Below are positions 55,511 to 64,000 of a DNA stretch of 64,000 nt, one piece after another. Location: the NCBI GenBank assembly GCA_964473455.1, contig CAYYQX010000002.1, forward strand, positions 45,086 through 109,085, read 5' to 3'. A model generated the notes under the pieces. The model was not told the DNA's origin and ran no database searches. It was given only the letters and a program-made list of their open reading frames with translations. Made by a program: the position numbers and the translations under genes. Origin of the DNA: an uncultured Muribaculaceae bacterium. Lineage in GTDB: Bacteria > Bacillota_I > Bacilli_A > RF39 > UBA660. Every line of letters starts with the position of its first letter. Position 1 is the stretch's first letter.

Positions 55511-58500
55511 TTATACCTCTTCAACTGTTAGTTCAACTCTGAATCTGTTTTGATCATTAACTGACAAACTATATTTTTTATTACCGACTGTAACAGTGGC
55601 TGTAGCTTTTCTAAATAAGTCGTGCAATTCACCAAAGTCATCGATATTACCAGTAATTGTTCTAAAATATATTACATATTTTCCAACAGATAGTGTTGAA
55701 AGATCCACTTTACCTGTTGTATTAAACCAAGATCTTGCTTTTGATAGTCCATCATTTGTTCTTAGTATTAATTCTTCTCCTATTGTTGAACCTATGTTAT
55801 ATGTAAATTTTTCTTCTGTTACTGTATTTTCTAAGATTAAATATCTCGTAATACTTGTTGTTGAACTGTAATTACCTTGTAGATTAAATGAGTTACCAGT
55901 TATATTTAAGCTAGCTCCAGTAAAGCTAATAGATGTATATGTATTAAACATATTAGATGAAGCTTCAGGTTCAGTTTTAGAAATCAAACCTTTTTCGTAT
56001 ATGAAGAGTTCTATCGGAAAGGCTTTTTTATAATTGTTGTTTCTAAATAAATAACCTCTTTCATCACTGTCTGTTGCTTTTTTAGTTACATCTTTTAAAA
56101 ACAAATTACTAAGTATTTCTTTTGTCTCATAGTTTGAGCTTCTAGCTCTAATGTAAATAGTATATTCACCTTTGGCAACGTCTTTTAAACTGACATTTCC
56201 TCTAAACCATGTCTCAGTATAAGTATGACTTTTATCGTTATAAACAGTAGTTGGATGGTCGTTTAAATACCTTTCCAGTGGTAAAACTACTTCATAACCA
56301 TTGGTGTTGTTCTTTAGAATCAAGCTATATTGAATTAAGGTATCTTTTGTATTATTAATTCCAATCATAGCTAAGGAACCATTTATTTCCAATAAGTTAG
56401 TGTCTGAATTATATTCTAGTTTATTAAAGTATAACTCTCCTGTTAAAGTAGTATAACTAGTATTTTCAACGTATACTTTTATACTCTTTGTAGTTGTATT
56501 ATCATCAGTATCAGTTGCGCTATATGTTAAATCATATGTTCCAGCAACTGTCTTATTAACGTTATGTGTAACTTCAATTTCAGTAATGATTCCATCTTCT
56601 AAGTCAGATGCGGTTACACCTTCTAAATAAGTTAAGCTTTCATTTACTTTCATATAGATATTAGTTGTTCTGATAACTGGTTTAGCATTTGATACAACTT
56701 CAATACTAACTGTTTTTGTTGTTGTTAAATCAAGACTATTTGTTACACTATACTCTACAGTATAAGTTCCAACTGTTGTTGCATCAACATCATTACTTAT
56801 GATATCTATTTGATCAGTAATGTTACCATCTGTTGGATCTTCTGCCCCTACTCCAAAGTATGGATCAAAAGTTGTATTTTGTAATATTTGTCTATTATTA
56901 GCAACTATTTTAGGTTTATATGTTTTTGTGATTTCAACTTCTATTGTTTTGCTTACTGAAAAGTTATTATCATCAACTACGGTATATGTTAAATCAAATG
57001 TTCCATAATTAGATGTTGTAAGTTCCGGATAGTAAGTTACTTTATCAGATAAATTTCCATCTTCAGTATCGCTAGCAGTTACATCTGTTAAGAAGTCATA
57101 ATACGTATCTTGTTCAATAGTAATGTTAGAAGCTATAATCGTTGGTTGATTGTTTTTAACAAAAAGATATTCTCCTTTAATATATCCATAGCTTTTACTA
57201 AATGAATAGTTACTACTTGAAATATTTTGATCATCGTCTAATGAGGTATCAGTATATACCTTATACCAAGCATTATTACTTTCATCGTATACTTTATCAA
57301 AGACAATAAAAGGCACCATTGGAACTGAAAAAGAATTGTTTTTTATTATATATATTGTATCTGAAGTATCACTTGGTTCTTTTTTAATAGGAGTATCAGT
57401 ATTACTTACCTTAATACCTAAAGTATTGGAATTATAGTCTTGCCCGCCATACATTAAATCTCTATTGTAAGCAATTCCAGCGGCTTTTTCACCCCAATAA
57501 GGGTCTGATGCATATTTGACATTCATTCCACTACCCTTGTTGCCGTAATGGCTACCAAAGTAACGCCAATCATATGGATTACTATAGCCAGAGCCAAAAG
57601 TGCTGGCATGCGCTAGAATAGATTCTCTAATTGAAGTATATGTATTTGCACAAGTATACACGCAACCATCATTTGCTCCGTGACCAAAGATGTTAAACTT
57701 TCCAAATGATAAAGCACTTGTTCCAGTAGCAGATTCATTTATCGCTGCTGAAAACGATAAAAGGGCATTTACTCCATATGTTTCTTGAGCTTCAATAAAG
57801 TATGCACCCTGCCCATATAAAAGAGATATTCCTACTCTACTATTTGCCGTAAACGCTCCTGTTGCAGTATCAATATAATAACTTTGACTTTGTAATAAAT
57901 TAGAGCTAAAAGAAAGAGCAATTATTTGATTAAAACTAGTTGCAGTATATCCTGTTTTACTGTGAGTTGGTAAATACATATAGTAGTTATAGTAAGGGTT
58001 AGTATAATTAATACTGTTTTCATAAGTATTATTTTTATAATCATCTATCATTGTAATATAGTTTTCATAAAAATAGTTTCCATCAAAACTGTAATAGTTT
58101 TTATTAGTTAAAAACATTGTTGGCGCTGCACCTAAGTTAATATACTCAACTGAAGTGTTTTCATAATAAGCATGCCAAAATTTACCACTACTTGTTTTAG
58201 TATAGTACGTATAAACTTTTGGAATAACTTTTTCTGTTAGATTAGTCCCTGAAACATTATTGGTAATATAATTATTCATAGATATTGTCAGATTGCCAAT
58301 CAAATGATATGTTTTAACTTCTCCACTTTGAGTGATTGCGTCATATTCATAGGCTCCATTTTTATCTAGTAAAACTCCGTCATTTGTATAAACATTATCA
58401 TTATTTACAACAACATAAGTTTTTGAAATAGTAGAAATTGGAATTATATTCACATTACTTAAACTAACCCATCCAGTAAAACCACTTATTTTTATTTTAA

Positions 58501-58879
58501 CAGAGTTATAAGTGTCATTAAATTCCAAAAAGGCCATATCTAAATATGTATTTCTTCCTGTTATATAAGTATATTCTCCACTTAAATTTTCACTAGTATA
58601 AAGATAAATTAAATCAGAGCTTGTTCCAGTAGATTTTGCTAAAGCATATGATGCATTAACAATAACATCATTTTTTTTAATCACAGCAACAAGATTCGCA
58701 CTCGCTTCATAAGTTATCATTTTATTATAAGCACTAGTATAATTATCAAAAGTTTCTTCATTAGTTGGAGTTCCTGCTTTATCTACCGTATAAACTTTAT
58801 AAGTTGATGTTGCCAAAACAGAATTAGGCATTACGAAAAAAAATAATATTAAAAATATTAATAATACTACTTTTTTCAT
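55511..58879 (-). CDS. large secreted GH73-family peptidoglycan hydrolase (N-acetylglucosaminidase) with three tandem Ig-like (DUF5011-type) repeats
   Basis: 1122 aa. Signal peptide MKKVVLLIFLILFFFVMPNSVLA. GH73 core GQGAYFIEAQETYGVNALLSFSAAINESATGTSAL...FGHGA and YASDPYWGEKAAGIAYN. Three repeats of about 75 aa (TSNYGTFDLTYTVVDDNNFSVSKTIEVEI, TTVGTYTVEYSVTNSLDLTTTKTVSIEVV, TVAGTYDLTYSATDTDDNTTTKSIKVYV). Confidence 0.6.
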   Translation of the reverse strand: MKKVVLLIFLILFFFVMPNSVLATSTYKVYTVDKAGTPTNEETFDNYTSAYNKMITYEASANLVAVIKKNDVIVNASYALAKSTGTSSDLIYLYTSENLSGEYTYITGRNTYLDMAFLEFNDTYNSVKIKISGFTGWVSLSNVNIIPISTISKTYVVVNNDNVYTNDGVLLDKNGAYEYDAITQSGEVKTYHLIGNLTISMNNYITNNVSGTNLTEKVIPKVYTYYTKTSSGKFWHAYYENTSVEYINLGAAPTMFLTNKNYYSFDGNYFYENYITMIDDYKNNTYENSINYTNPYYNYYMYLPTHSKTGYTATSFNQIIALSFSSNLLQSQSYYIDTATGAFTANSRVGISLLYGQGAYFIEAQETYGVNALLSFSAAINESATGTSALSFGKFNIFGHGANDGCVYTCANTYTSIRESILAHASTFGSGYSNPYDWRYFGSHYGNKGSGMNVKYASDPYWGEKAAGIAYNRDLMYGGQDYNSNTLGIKVSNTDTPIKKEPSDTSDTIYIIKNNSFSVPMVPFIVFDKVYDESNNAWYKVYTDTSLDDDQNISSSNYSFSKSYGYIKGEYLFVKNNQPTIIASNITIEQDTYYDFLTDVTASDTEDGNLSDKVTYYPELTTSNYGTFDLTYTVVDDNNFSVSKTIEVEITKTYKPKIVANNRQILQNTTFDPYFGVGAEDPTDGNITDQIDIISNDVDATTVGTYTVEYSVTNSLDLTTTKTVSIEVVSNAKPVIRTTNIYMKVNESLTYLEGVTASDLEDGIITEIEVTHNVNKTVAGTYDLTYSATDTDDNTTTKSIKVYVENTSYTTLTGELYFNKLEYNSDTNLLEINGSLAMIGINNTKDTLIQYSLILKNNTNGYEVVLPLERYLNDHPTTVYNDKSHTYTETWFRGNVSLKDVAKGEYTIYIRARSSNYETKEILSNLFLKDVTKKATDSDERGYLFRNNNYKKAFPIELFIYEKGLISKTEPEASSNMFNTYTSISFTGASLNITGNSFNLQGNYSSTTSITRYLILENTVTEEKFTYNIGSTIGEELILRTNDGLSKARSWFNTTGKVDLSTLSVGKYVIYFRTITGNIDDFGELHDLFRKATATVTVGNKKYSLSVNDQNRFRVELTVEEV

Positions 58880-58890
58880 AATATCCTCCT

Positions 58891-60108
58891 TTATATAGAT
58901 TTATAAGGGTTTGTTTCCGTTCCTTCCCCTTTAAATTCGAACGTTTTATCAATATAAATAACTGCATAACCATTATTGGTACTACTTATACTGCTATTAG
59001 TAAAAGCACCACTTACAATACTCCAAACTGTTGTTGTATTCATACTATTAAAAGTCCAAGAGTTTTTTGCTAACCAATTATTGCTTAAACAAGCACTTGA
59101 AATATTATTTTGATTGCACGAAGAATTTATTGTAGCTTTAATAATATCGCTAACTGATAATGTGCCAATATATCCTCCAGAATTTTTTCCTTTATAAATC
59201 GTTGCTTTTTCAGAATTTATAATATTTGTTAAACTATTACCAATAACCGTTGTAATGTAACCAACATCCCAAGAAGCATCATATACTATAAGCTCATCTT
59301 CTAGATTAATGTTTAAACTGGAAAATAATAAACTGTTTGTACTTGAAGTGGCTAAATAAGCTCCACCCGACAAATAACTATCGTTTGTATAAAAAGATGT
59401 CGTATTGTCAAACTTAACATTTTGATTTAATTTCAATAAAACCTTTACGCCTTCACTTGTAACAGAAATTATCTTTCCATTGTAGTTAAACAAAGAAATA
59501 TTATTAGCTAATTCTGCTTCATTGCCTCTAAACACCAAATCCCCATTACTCATTTGATATAAGCCAGAACCACTTGTGATTACTTTGTTTCCTAGTAAAT
59601 TTTCAATTGTCGGATAATCAAATCCATTTAACTTAATGCTAGAGTATGTTTTATCGTTATATTCAGTTGCGATTATATACATATTACTATCTGGATTGTG
59701 AATTGAATTTAAATATGCGATAAACTCAGATGAAAAATTACTATTAACAAGATTTACTTTTTCTAAAGTGTATATTGCTTTATTGACATTTAATTTTGCA
59801 AAGAAAGCTTCGCAATAATCACTATCAATAAAAATGCTCGCGTCACAACTTGTTAAATCATAATACCCTGTCCCATTATAAGCTAAGTCATATGATATTT
59901 GTTCGACATCATATTGCAAAATAAATTTTTTAATTTCGTTATCTATATATAACCCATTAACACTGTTATAGTTAAGTGTTTCTGAGTAATTATTGTTAAC
60001 ATTTCTTATTTGAATGAACAAAAATATAAGCGTTATTGTAATAAAACTGGCTACAATTAAGGTTTCTGCAAGCATAAAACCTTGGCTATTTTTTTTTATC
60101 ATTATCAT
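58891..60108 (-). CDS. large prepilin-like protein (type IV pilin / pseudopilin N-terminal domain)
   Basis: 405 aa. N-terminal KKNSQGFMLAETLIVASFITITLIFLF is a G|FxLxE prepilin cleavage-methylation motif plus TM helix. The remaining roughly 370 aa are Ser/Asn/Thr-rich and uncharacterised. The gene lies 12 nt upstream of the GH73 gene on the same strand. Confidence 0.5.
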   Translation of the reverse strand: MIMIKKNSQGFMLAETLIVASFITITLIFLFIQIRNVNNNYSETLNYNSVNGLYIDNEIKKFILQYDVEQISYDLAYNGTGYYDLTSCDASIFIDSDYCEAFFAKLNVNKAIYTLEKVNLVNSNFSSEFIAYLNSIHNPDSNMYIIATEYNDKTYSSIKLNGFDYPTIENLLGNKVITSGSGLYQMSNGDLVFRGNEAELANNISLFNYNGKIISVTSEGVKVLLKLNQNVKFDNTTSFYTNDSYLSGGAYLATSSTNSLLFSSLNINLEDELIVYDASWDVGYITTVIGNSLTNIINSEKATIYKGKNSGGYIGTLSVSDIIKATINSSCNQNNISSACLSNNWLAKNSWTFNSMNTTTVWSIVSGAFTNSSISSTNNGYAVIYIDKTFEFKGEGTETNPYKSI

Positions 60109-60204
60109 ACACCTTTTCTATTGTTTTTATTCTAAATCTATTATATAATAATAAAGTAGAAAATACTAGATTAAGAGTAAAAAGAATGACAAGGGGATGA
60201 CAAA

Positions 60205-61533
60205 ATGCTTAAAGTTTTTGACTTTGAAAAACTACCAGTAGTTGAGATTGTTAATGATATTCTAGTTGATGCTTCAAAAAGAGGAGCCTCTGATATTCAT
60301 TTTGACGCTCATGATGAATTTATGAAAATTAGAATTAGAATAGACGGAAAATTAATTGATTATGCTGAAGTTCCTAATGGCATTAAGAAAAACTTAATAA
60401 CTCGTATTAAAATTATATCAGGGATGAACATTACTGAATCAAGACTTCCCCAAGATGGGGCTATTAAGAAGAATCTACAAGATATGGATTTAGACTTACG
60501 TGTTAGCTGTTTACCTACTAATTTAGGGGAAAAAATCGTTATTCGTATCTTAGACTATAGTTTAAGTTTAAATGGTATTGAACACTTGGGTTTTAGCGAG
60601 AAGAATTATCACAAAGTTTTAAAAATGATTGGTATTCCAAACGGAATAATCTTAGTAACAGGAGCAACTGGAAGTGGTAAATCTACTACTGTATATTCCG
60701 TTCTTCAAAGACTTAATAAAGAAGAAACAAACCTTGTGACTGTTGAAGACCCTATTGAAATGAACATTGAAGGTATTAACCAAGTTCAAACAAATAGTGA
60801 AATTGGTCTTACTTTTGCAACTGCCCTAAGATCTATTTTTAGACAAGACCCTGACATTATCATGATTGGAGAAATAAGAGATACTGAAACAGCTCAAATT
60901 GCCGTTAGAGCTTCAATTACAGGACATTTGGTTTTATCAACTCTGCATACTAACGACTCTTTAACAACAATTGAAAGACTTATTGATATGGGTGTTGAAA
61001 GATATTTATTATCTAGCTCACTATCTGGCATAATATCACAAAAACTCGCTCGTAAATTATGTCCAAATTGTAGAAAAAAAAGAGCTACAAATGAATATGA
61101 AAAAAAATTATTTAAAACTGTTTTAAATAAAGAGGTAAATGAAATATATGTTGCGGATGGCTGTGAAGAGTGTTCAAATGGTTATAAAGGAAGAATTGCT
61201 ATTCATGAAGTATTATTGATTAATGATGAAATAAAAAATGCTATTAATACAAACATGGACAGAGAAAAATTGAGAACTTTAGTTTATAACTCAGATGTTA
61301 TTACCTTATTACAAGACGGTCTTGAAAAAGTTGAAAGCGGTCTTACTACTGTAGAAGAGTTATTGAAGATTATTGAACTAGAAAACGATGAAAAAACAGC
61401 TGGAAAAACAGATCTAAAGTCTAGTATAGAGCTTGCCAACTTAGCTCACAGTAAAAAAGAAGAAAATAAAGTAGTTGAAAATGTAGCTGCCGAAAAAGTT
61501 GTTAATATTAATGCATTAGATAATGATTTATAA
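60205..61533 (+). CDS. type II secretion / type IV pilus assembly ATPase (GspE/PilB/ComGA family)
   Basis: 442 aa. Walker A VTGATGSGKSTT, Asp box, Walker B IIMIGEIRD, His box LVLSTLHTND, and tetracysteine motif CPNCRKK...GCEECSNGYKGR. Confidence 0.8.
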   Translation: MLKVFDFEKLPVVEIVNDILVDASKRGASDIHFDAHDEFMKIRIRIDGKLIDYAEVPNGIKKNLITRIKIISGMNITESRLPQDGAIKKNLQDMDLDLRVSCLPTNLGEKIVIRILDYSLSLNGIEHLGFSEKNYHKVLKMIGIPNGIILVTGATGSGKSTTVYSVLQRLNKEETNLVTVEDPIEMNIEGINQVQTNSEIGLTFATALRSIFRQDPDIIMIGEIRDTETAQIAVRASITGHLVLSTLHTNDSLTTIERLIDMGVERYLLSSSLSGIISQKLARKLCPNCRKKRATNEYEKKLFKTVLNKEVNEIYVADGCEECSNGYKGRIAIHEVLLINDEIKNAINTNMDREKLRTLVYNSDVITLLQDGLEKVESGLTTVEELLKIIELENDEKTAGKTDLKSSIELANLAHSKKEENKVVENVAAEKVVNINALDNDL

Positions 61534-61556
61534 GCACTAATTTTAGTGCTTTTAGT

Positions 61557-62135
61557 TTGGATGGGATTATGACAATTAAACAAAATATAATACAAGAATA
61601 TAATGTAAAAAATTCAAAATTTATTGTTTTATTAATTAAGATTGATGATTGCAATATAAAGGAGCATATCAAGAAGATAAAACAAGAATATAAGAGCGCA
61701 ACGCATTATTGTTTTGCATATATTTTTAATGATTTATATAAATATAGTGATGATAAAGAACCAAGCTTTTCAGCAGGTATTCAAATATATAACGCTCTTA
61801 ACTATAATAAGCTAAATCAAGTTCTTTGTGTTGTTGTAAGGTATTTTGGTGGAACAAAATTAGGAGTTGCAACTCTTGCCAAAACTTATTTTAATTGTGT
61901 TTTAAAAACAATTGAAAATGCAGAATTAATAGAAATATCAAATAAAATATTAATAGAACTTTCTTTTAATTATCAATTTGCTAAGCAAGTAAACTCTTTA
62001 TTGAAAAAAGAGGATATATTGAAAAAGAATTTCAATGAAAAGGTAAAATATCAGTTATATATTGAGGAAGATGAGTTTTTAAAAATTATAGATGACTTAA
62101 AACGTTTTTGTGATATAGATATTAAAAAGAGGTGA
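61557..62135 (+). CDS. yigZ: YigZ/IMPACT-family protein
   Basis: 192 aa. Motifs KNSKFIVLL, ATHYCFAYIF, EPSFSAGIQI and VVVRYFGGTKLGVATL are characteristic of UPF0029/IMPACT. Confidence 0.65.
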   Translation: MDGIMTIKQNIIQEYNVKNSKFIVLLIKIDDCNIKEHIKKIKQEYKSATHYCFAYIFNDLYKYSDDKEPSFSAGIQIYNALNYNKLNQVLCVVVRYFGGTKLGVATLAKTYFNCVLKTIENAELIEISNKILIELSFNYQFAKQVNSLLKKEDILKKNFNEKVKYQLYIEEDEFLKIIDDLKRFCDIDIKKR

Positions 62136-62137
62136 AA

Positions 62138-63013
62138 TTATTCACCTCTTATTTGTTTTTCTACTTCATCAGCAAAGTTTTCGTTTCTTTTTTCCATTCC
62201 CTCGCCTACTTCAAAGCGAATCATTTTAACAATTTTACAATTATTATCTTGAGCATATTTTCCAACTGTTTCTTTATTTTCAGCTTTAATATAAAGTTGG
62301 TCTTCTAAGCAAACATCTTCATAATATTTGATTACTTTCCCAACTAAGATTTTTTCTATTACTGCTTCATTTTTTCCTTCGTTTATTAGTTGTTCTTTCA
62401 TAATTGCTTTTTCTTTTTCTAATACTTCAGTAGGTACTTCCTCTCTTTTTGCAAAAAGAGGTCTCATTGCGGCTGTTTGCATAGCAATATTATTGGCAAC
62501 TTCTTGATTTGTTCCATCAACTAATACAACTGTGGCAATCTTACCACCCATGTGAATATAAGTACCGAATATTTGTGATTCGTTTTTTGTAATTTTTTCA
62601 AATCTTCTAAATGATAATTTTTCACCAATTTTAGAAGTTTTGGCAACTATTAAATCTCTTATTGTTTCATTGTTGTATTTTAAAGATAAAGCTTCTTCAA
62701 CTGTAACAACATTAGCATTTATAATTGTTTTTAATATCTCACTTACCATATCTATAAATTCAACGTTTTTGGCAACAAAATCTGTTTCAGCATTTACTTC
62801 TATAATTACAGCTGTGTTGTTTTCAGTTAGGATTGAAGATATTCCTTCTGCTGCGATACGATCTTGTTTTTTACCAGCTTTTGAAATACCTTTTTCTCTT
62901 AACCAATCAATTGCTTCTTCCATGTTGTTTGTTGCTTCTAAAGCGTTTTTGCAGTCTAACATTCCTGCTCCTGTTTTTTCTCTTAATTCTTTTACTAAAC
63001 TAGCGCTTACCAT
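62138..63013 (-). CDS. tsf: elongation factor Ts
   Basis: 291 aa. N-terminal VSASLVKELREKTGAGMLDCKNALE is the EF-Ts UBA-like signature. Confidence 0.9.
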   Translation of the reverse strand: MVSASLVKELREKTGAGMLDCKNALEATNNMEEAIDWLREKGISKAGKKQDRIAAEGISSILTENNTAVIIEVNAETDFVAKNVEFIDMVSEILKTIINANVVTVEEALSLKYNNETIRDLIVAKTSKIGEKLSFRRFEKITKNESQIFGTYIHMGGKIATVVLVDGTNQEVANNIAMQTAAMRPLFAKREEVPTEVLEKEKAIMKEQLINEGKNEAVIEKILVGKVIKYYEDVCLEDQLYIKAENKETVGKYAQDNNCKIVKMIRFEVGEGMEKRNENFADEVEKQIRGE

Positions 63014-63053
63014 ATATTTTCCTTTCTAAAATTAAAGATGATTTTTAATCATC

Positions 63054-64000
63054 TTACTTTAAAGCTTCTAAAAGTTCTTCTTTTTTCATAGTACTGTAAC
63101 CTTTTACTTCTTTTTCTTTAGCTCTTTTTCTTAATTCTGCTACAGTTAAGTCAGTTAAATCTTCTACTTGTTTTACTTCAGCTTTTTTAGTTTTAACAGC
63201 TTTTGTTTCTTTTTTAACTTCTTTAGTTTTTTCTTCTTTTATTACTTTTTTAACTTCAGCTTTTACTTCTTCTTTTGGTTCTACTTTTGTTTCTTTTATT
63301 TCTTGTTTTACTTCAGCTTTTACCACTTCAGCAATTGGTTCTTTTACTGGTTCAGTTGCTTTTGTTTCTGATGCGAAATCTATTATTTCTCCACCATTAG
63401 CTTCAATTATAGCGTTAGCTAAGACACTAGCAATCAATTTAATTGATTTTATAGCATCATCATTTCCTGGGATAACATAATCTACCATATCAGGATCGCA
63501 GTTTGTATCTACTATTCCAAATACTGGTATATTTAATCTTCTTGCTTCTCTAATAGCATTATATTCTTTTGAAGGATCTACGATAAACATTGCACTAGGT
63601 AATTTTGTCATTTCACGAATACCACATAAAATTCTGTTTAATTTGTCGTATTCTTTTTTTAACCCTATTACTTCTTTTTTTGGAAGTAAATCGAATATTC
63701 CATCGCTTTCCATTTTTTCTATTTCTTCTAATCTTTGAACTCTTTTTCTAATTGTTTTAAAGTTAGTTAAAGTTCCACCTAACCATCTTTCAGTTACGTA
63801 ATAAGAATTTGATCTTATTGCTTCTTCTTTTATTGCATCACTTGCTTGTTTTCTTGTACCAACAAATAATACTTTTCCTTCGTTTTTGGCTATTCCATTT
63901 AGTACTTTATAAGCTTCTTCTATCATTGCAGCTGTTTTTTGCAAATCAATGATATAAATACCATCTCTTGCTGTAAAAATGTACTCTCTCATTTTAGGGT
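63054..64000 (-). CDS. rpsB: 30S ribosomal protein S2 (5'-partial; N-terminus lies beyond the window end), with a C-terminal K/E/V-rich extension
   Basis: Starts in the window at ..[22 protein letters not shown], which corresponds to S2 residues about 25 onward. S2 core through about residue 230, then roughly 80 aa of [20 protein letters not shown] repeats, ending [34 protein letters not shown]. Confidence 0.85.
   Translation of the reverse strand, partial: PKMREYIFTARDGIYIIDLQKTAAMIEEAYKVLNGIAKNEGKVLFVGTRKQASDAIKEEAIRSNSYYVTERWLGGTLTNFKTIRKRVQRLEEIEKMESDGIFDLLPKKEVIGLKKEYDKLNRILCGIREMTKLPSAMFIVDPSKEYNAIREARRLNIPVFGIVDTNCDPDMVDYVIPGNDDAIKSIKLIASVLANAIIEANGGEIIDFASETKATEPVKEPIAEVVKAEVKQEIKETKVEPKEEVKAEVKKVIKEEKTKEVKKETKAVKTKKAEVKQVEDLTDLTVAELRKRAKEKEVKGYSTMKKEELLEALK

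Noticed and set aside
63150-63380. Short periodic DNA repeats inside the rpsB 3' region, as a possible tandem-repeat or CRISPR-like array
   Set aside because: They are in-frame codon repeats encoding the K/E/V-rich S2 tail. There are no spacer-repeat regularity and no cas genes.
1-64000. Use of genetic code 4 (UGA=Trp), as the AT-richness and mollicute-like gene set might suggest
   Set aside because: Long conserved genes (dnaE, mutS, pyrG, mnmA) are intact under code 11. The LicD gene terminates with TGA at 13726-13728, exactly where the LicD family ends. The standard bacterial code fits.

Overview
This 64-kb window comes from an AT-rich (~27-30% GC) bacterium that uses the standard genetic code, since TGA is used as a stop (e.g. 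13726-13728). Content points to a walled Firmicute (peptidoglycan hydrolases, LCP, TagO, PASTA domains, DnaB-like/DnaI, ComG-like pilus genes). The window has three parts. (1) 0-23 kb is a cell-surface glycopolymer biosynthesis and decoration locus. It holds an MMPL transporter, two polyprenyl-phosphate glycosylation modules, GT4 and GT2 glycosyltransferases, FnlA/FnlB-like L-6-deoxy-HexNAc enzymes, a GT4-Wzy fusion, a LicD-family phosphotransferase, a TarI-like cytidylyltransferase with an SDR reductase, an LCP-PASTA fusion protein, a UGM-like flavoenzyme and a kinase-fold protein. (2) 23-51 kb is mostly housekeeping. It carries two tandem paralogs with degenerate AAA+ motifs, a DnaB-like gene, dnaI, rpmB, dnaE, a prepilin-like gene, tRNA-Gln(CUG) and tRNA-Glu(CUC), holA, rarA, xerC/D, mnmA, xseAB, nusB, mutS, an amidase, a ttcA-like gene and pyrG. 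(3) 52-64 kb holds a ~570-nt ORF-free, GC-enriched, hairpin-rich candidate large ncRNA with promoter-like and terminator-like boundaries on the minus strand. It also holds TagO/WecA, a PASTA-repeat membrane protein, a 1122-aa GH73 peptidoglycan hydrolase co-oriented with a large prepilin-like gene and divergent from a T2SS/T4P-type ATPase, yigZ, tsf and a 5'-truncated rpsB. No CRISPR arrays, IS elements or prophage genes were recognised. All calls rest on motif-level reading of the translated ORFs and the raw sequence; no database search was possible.
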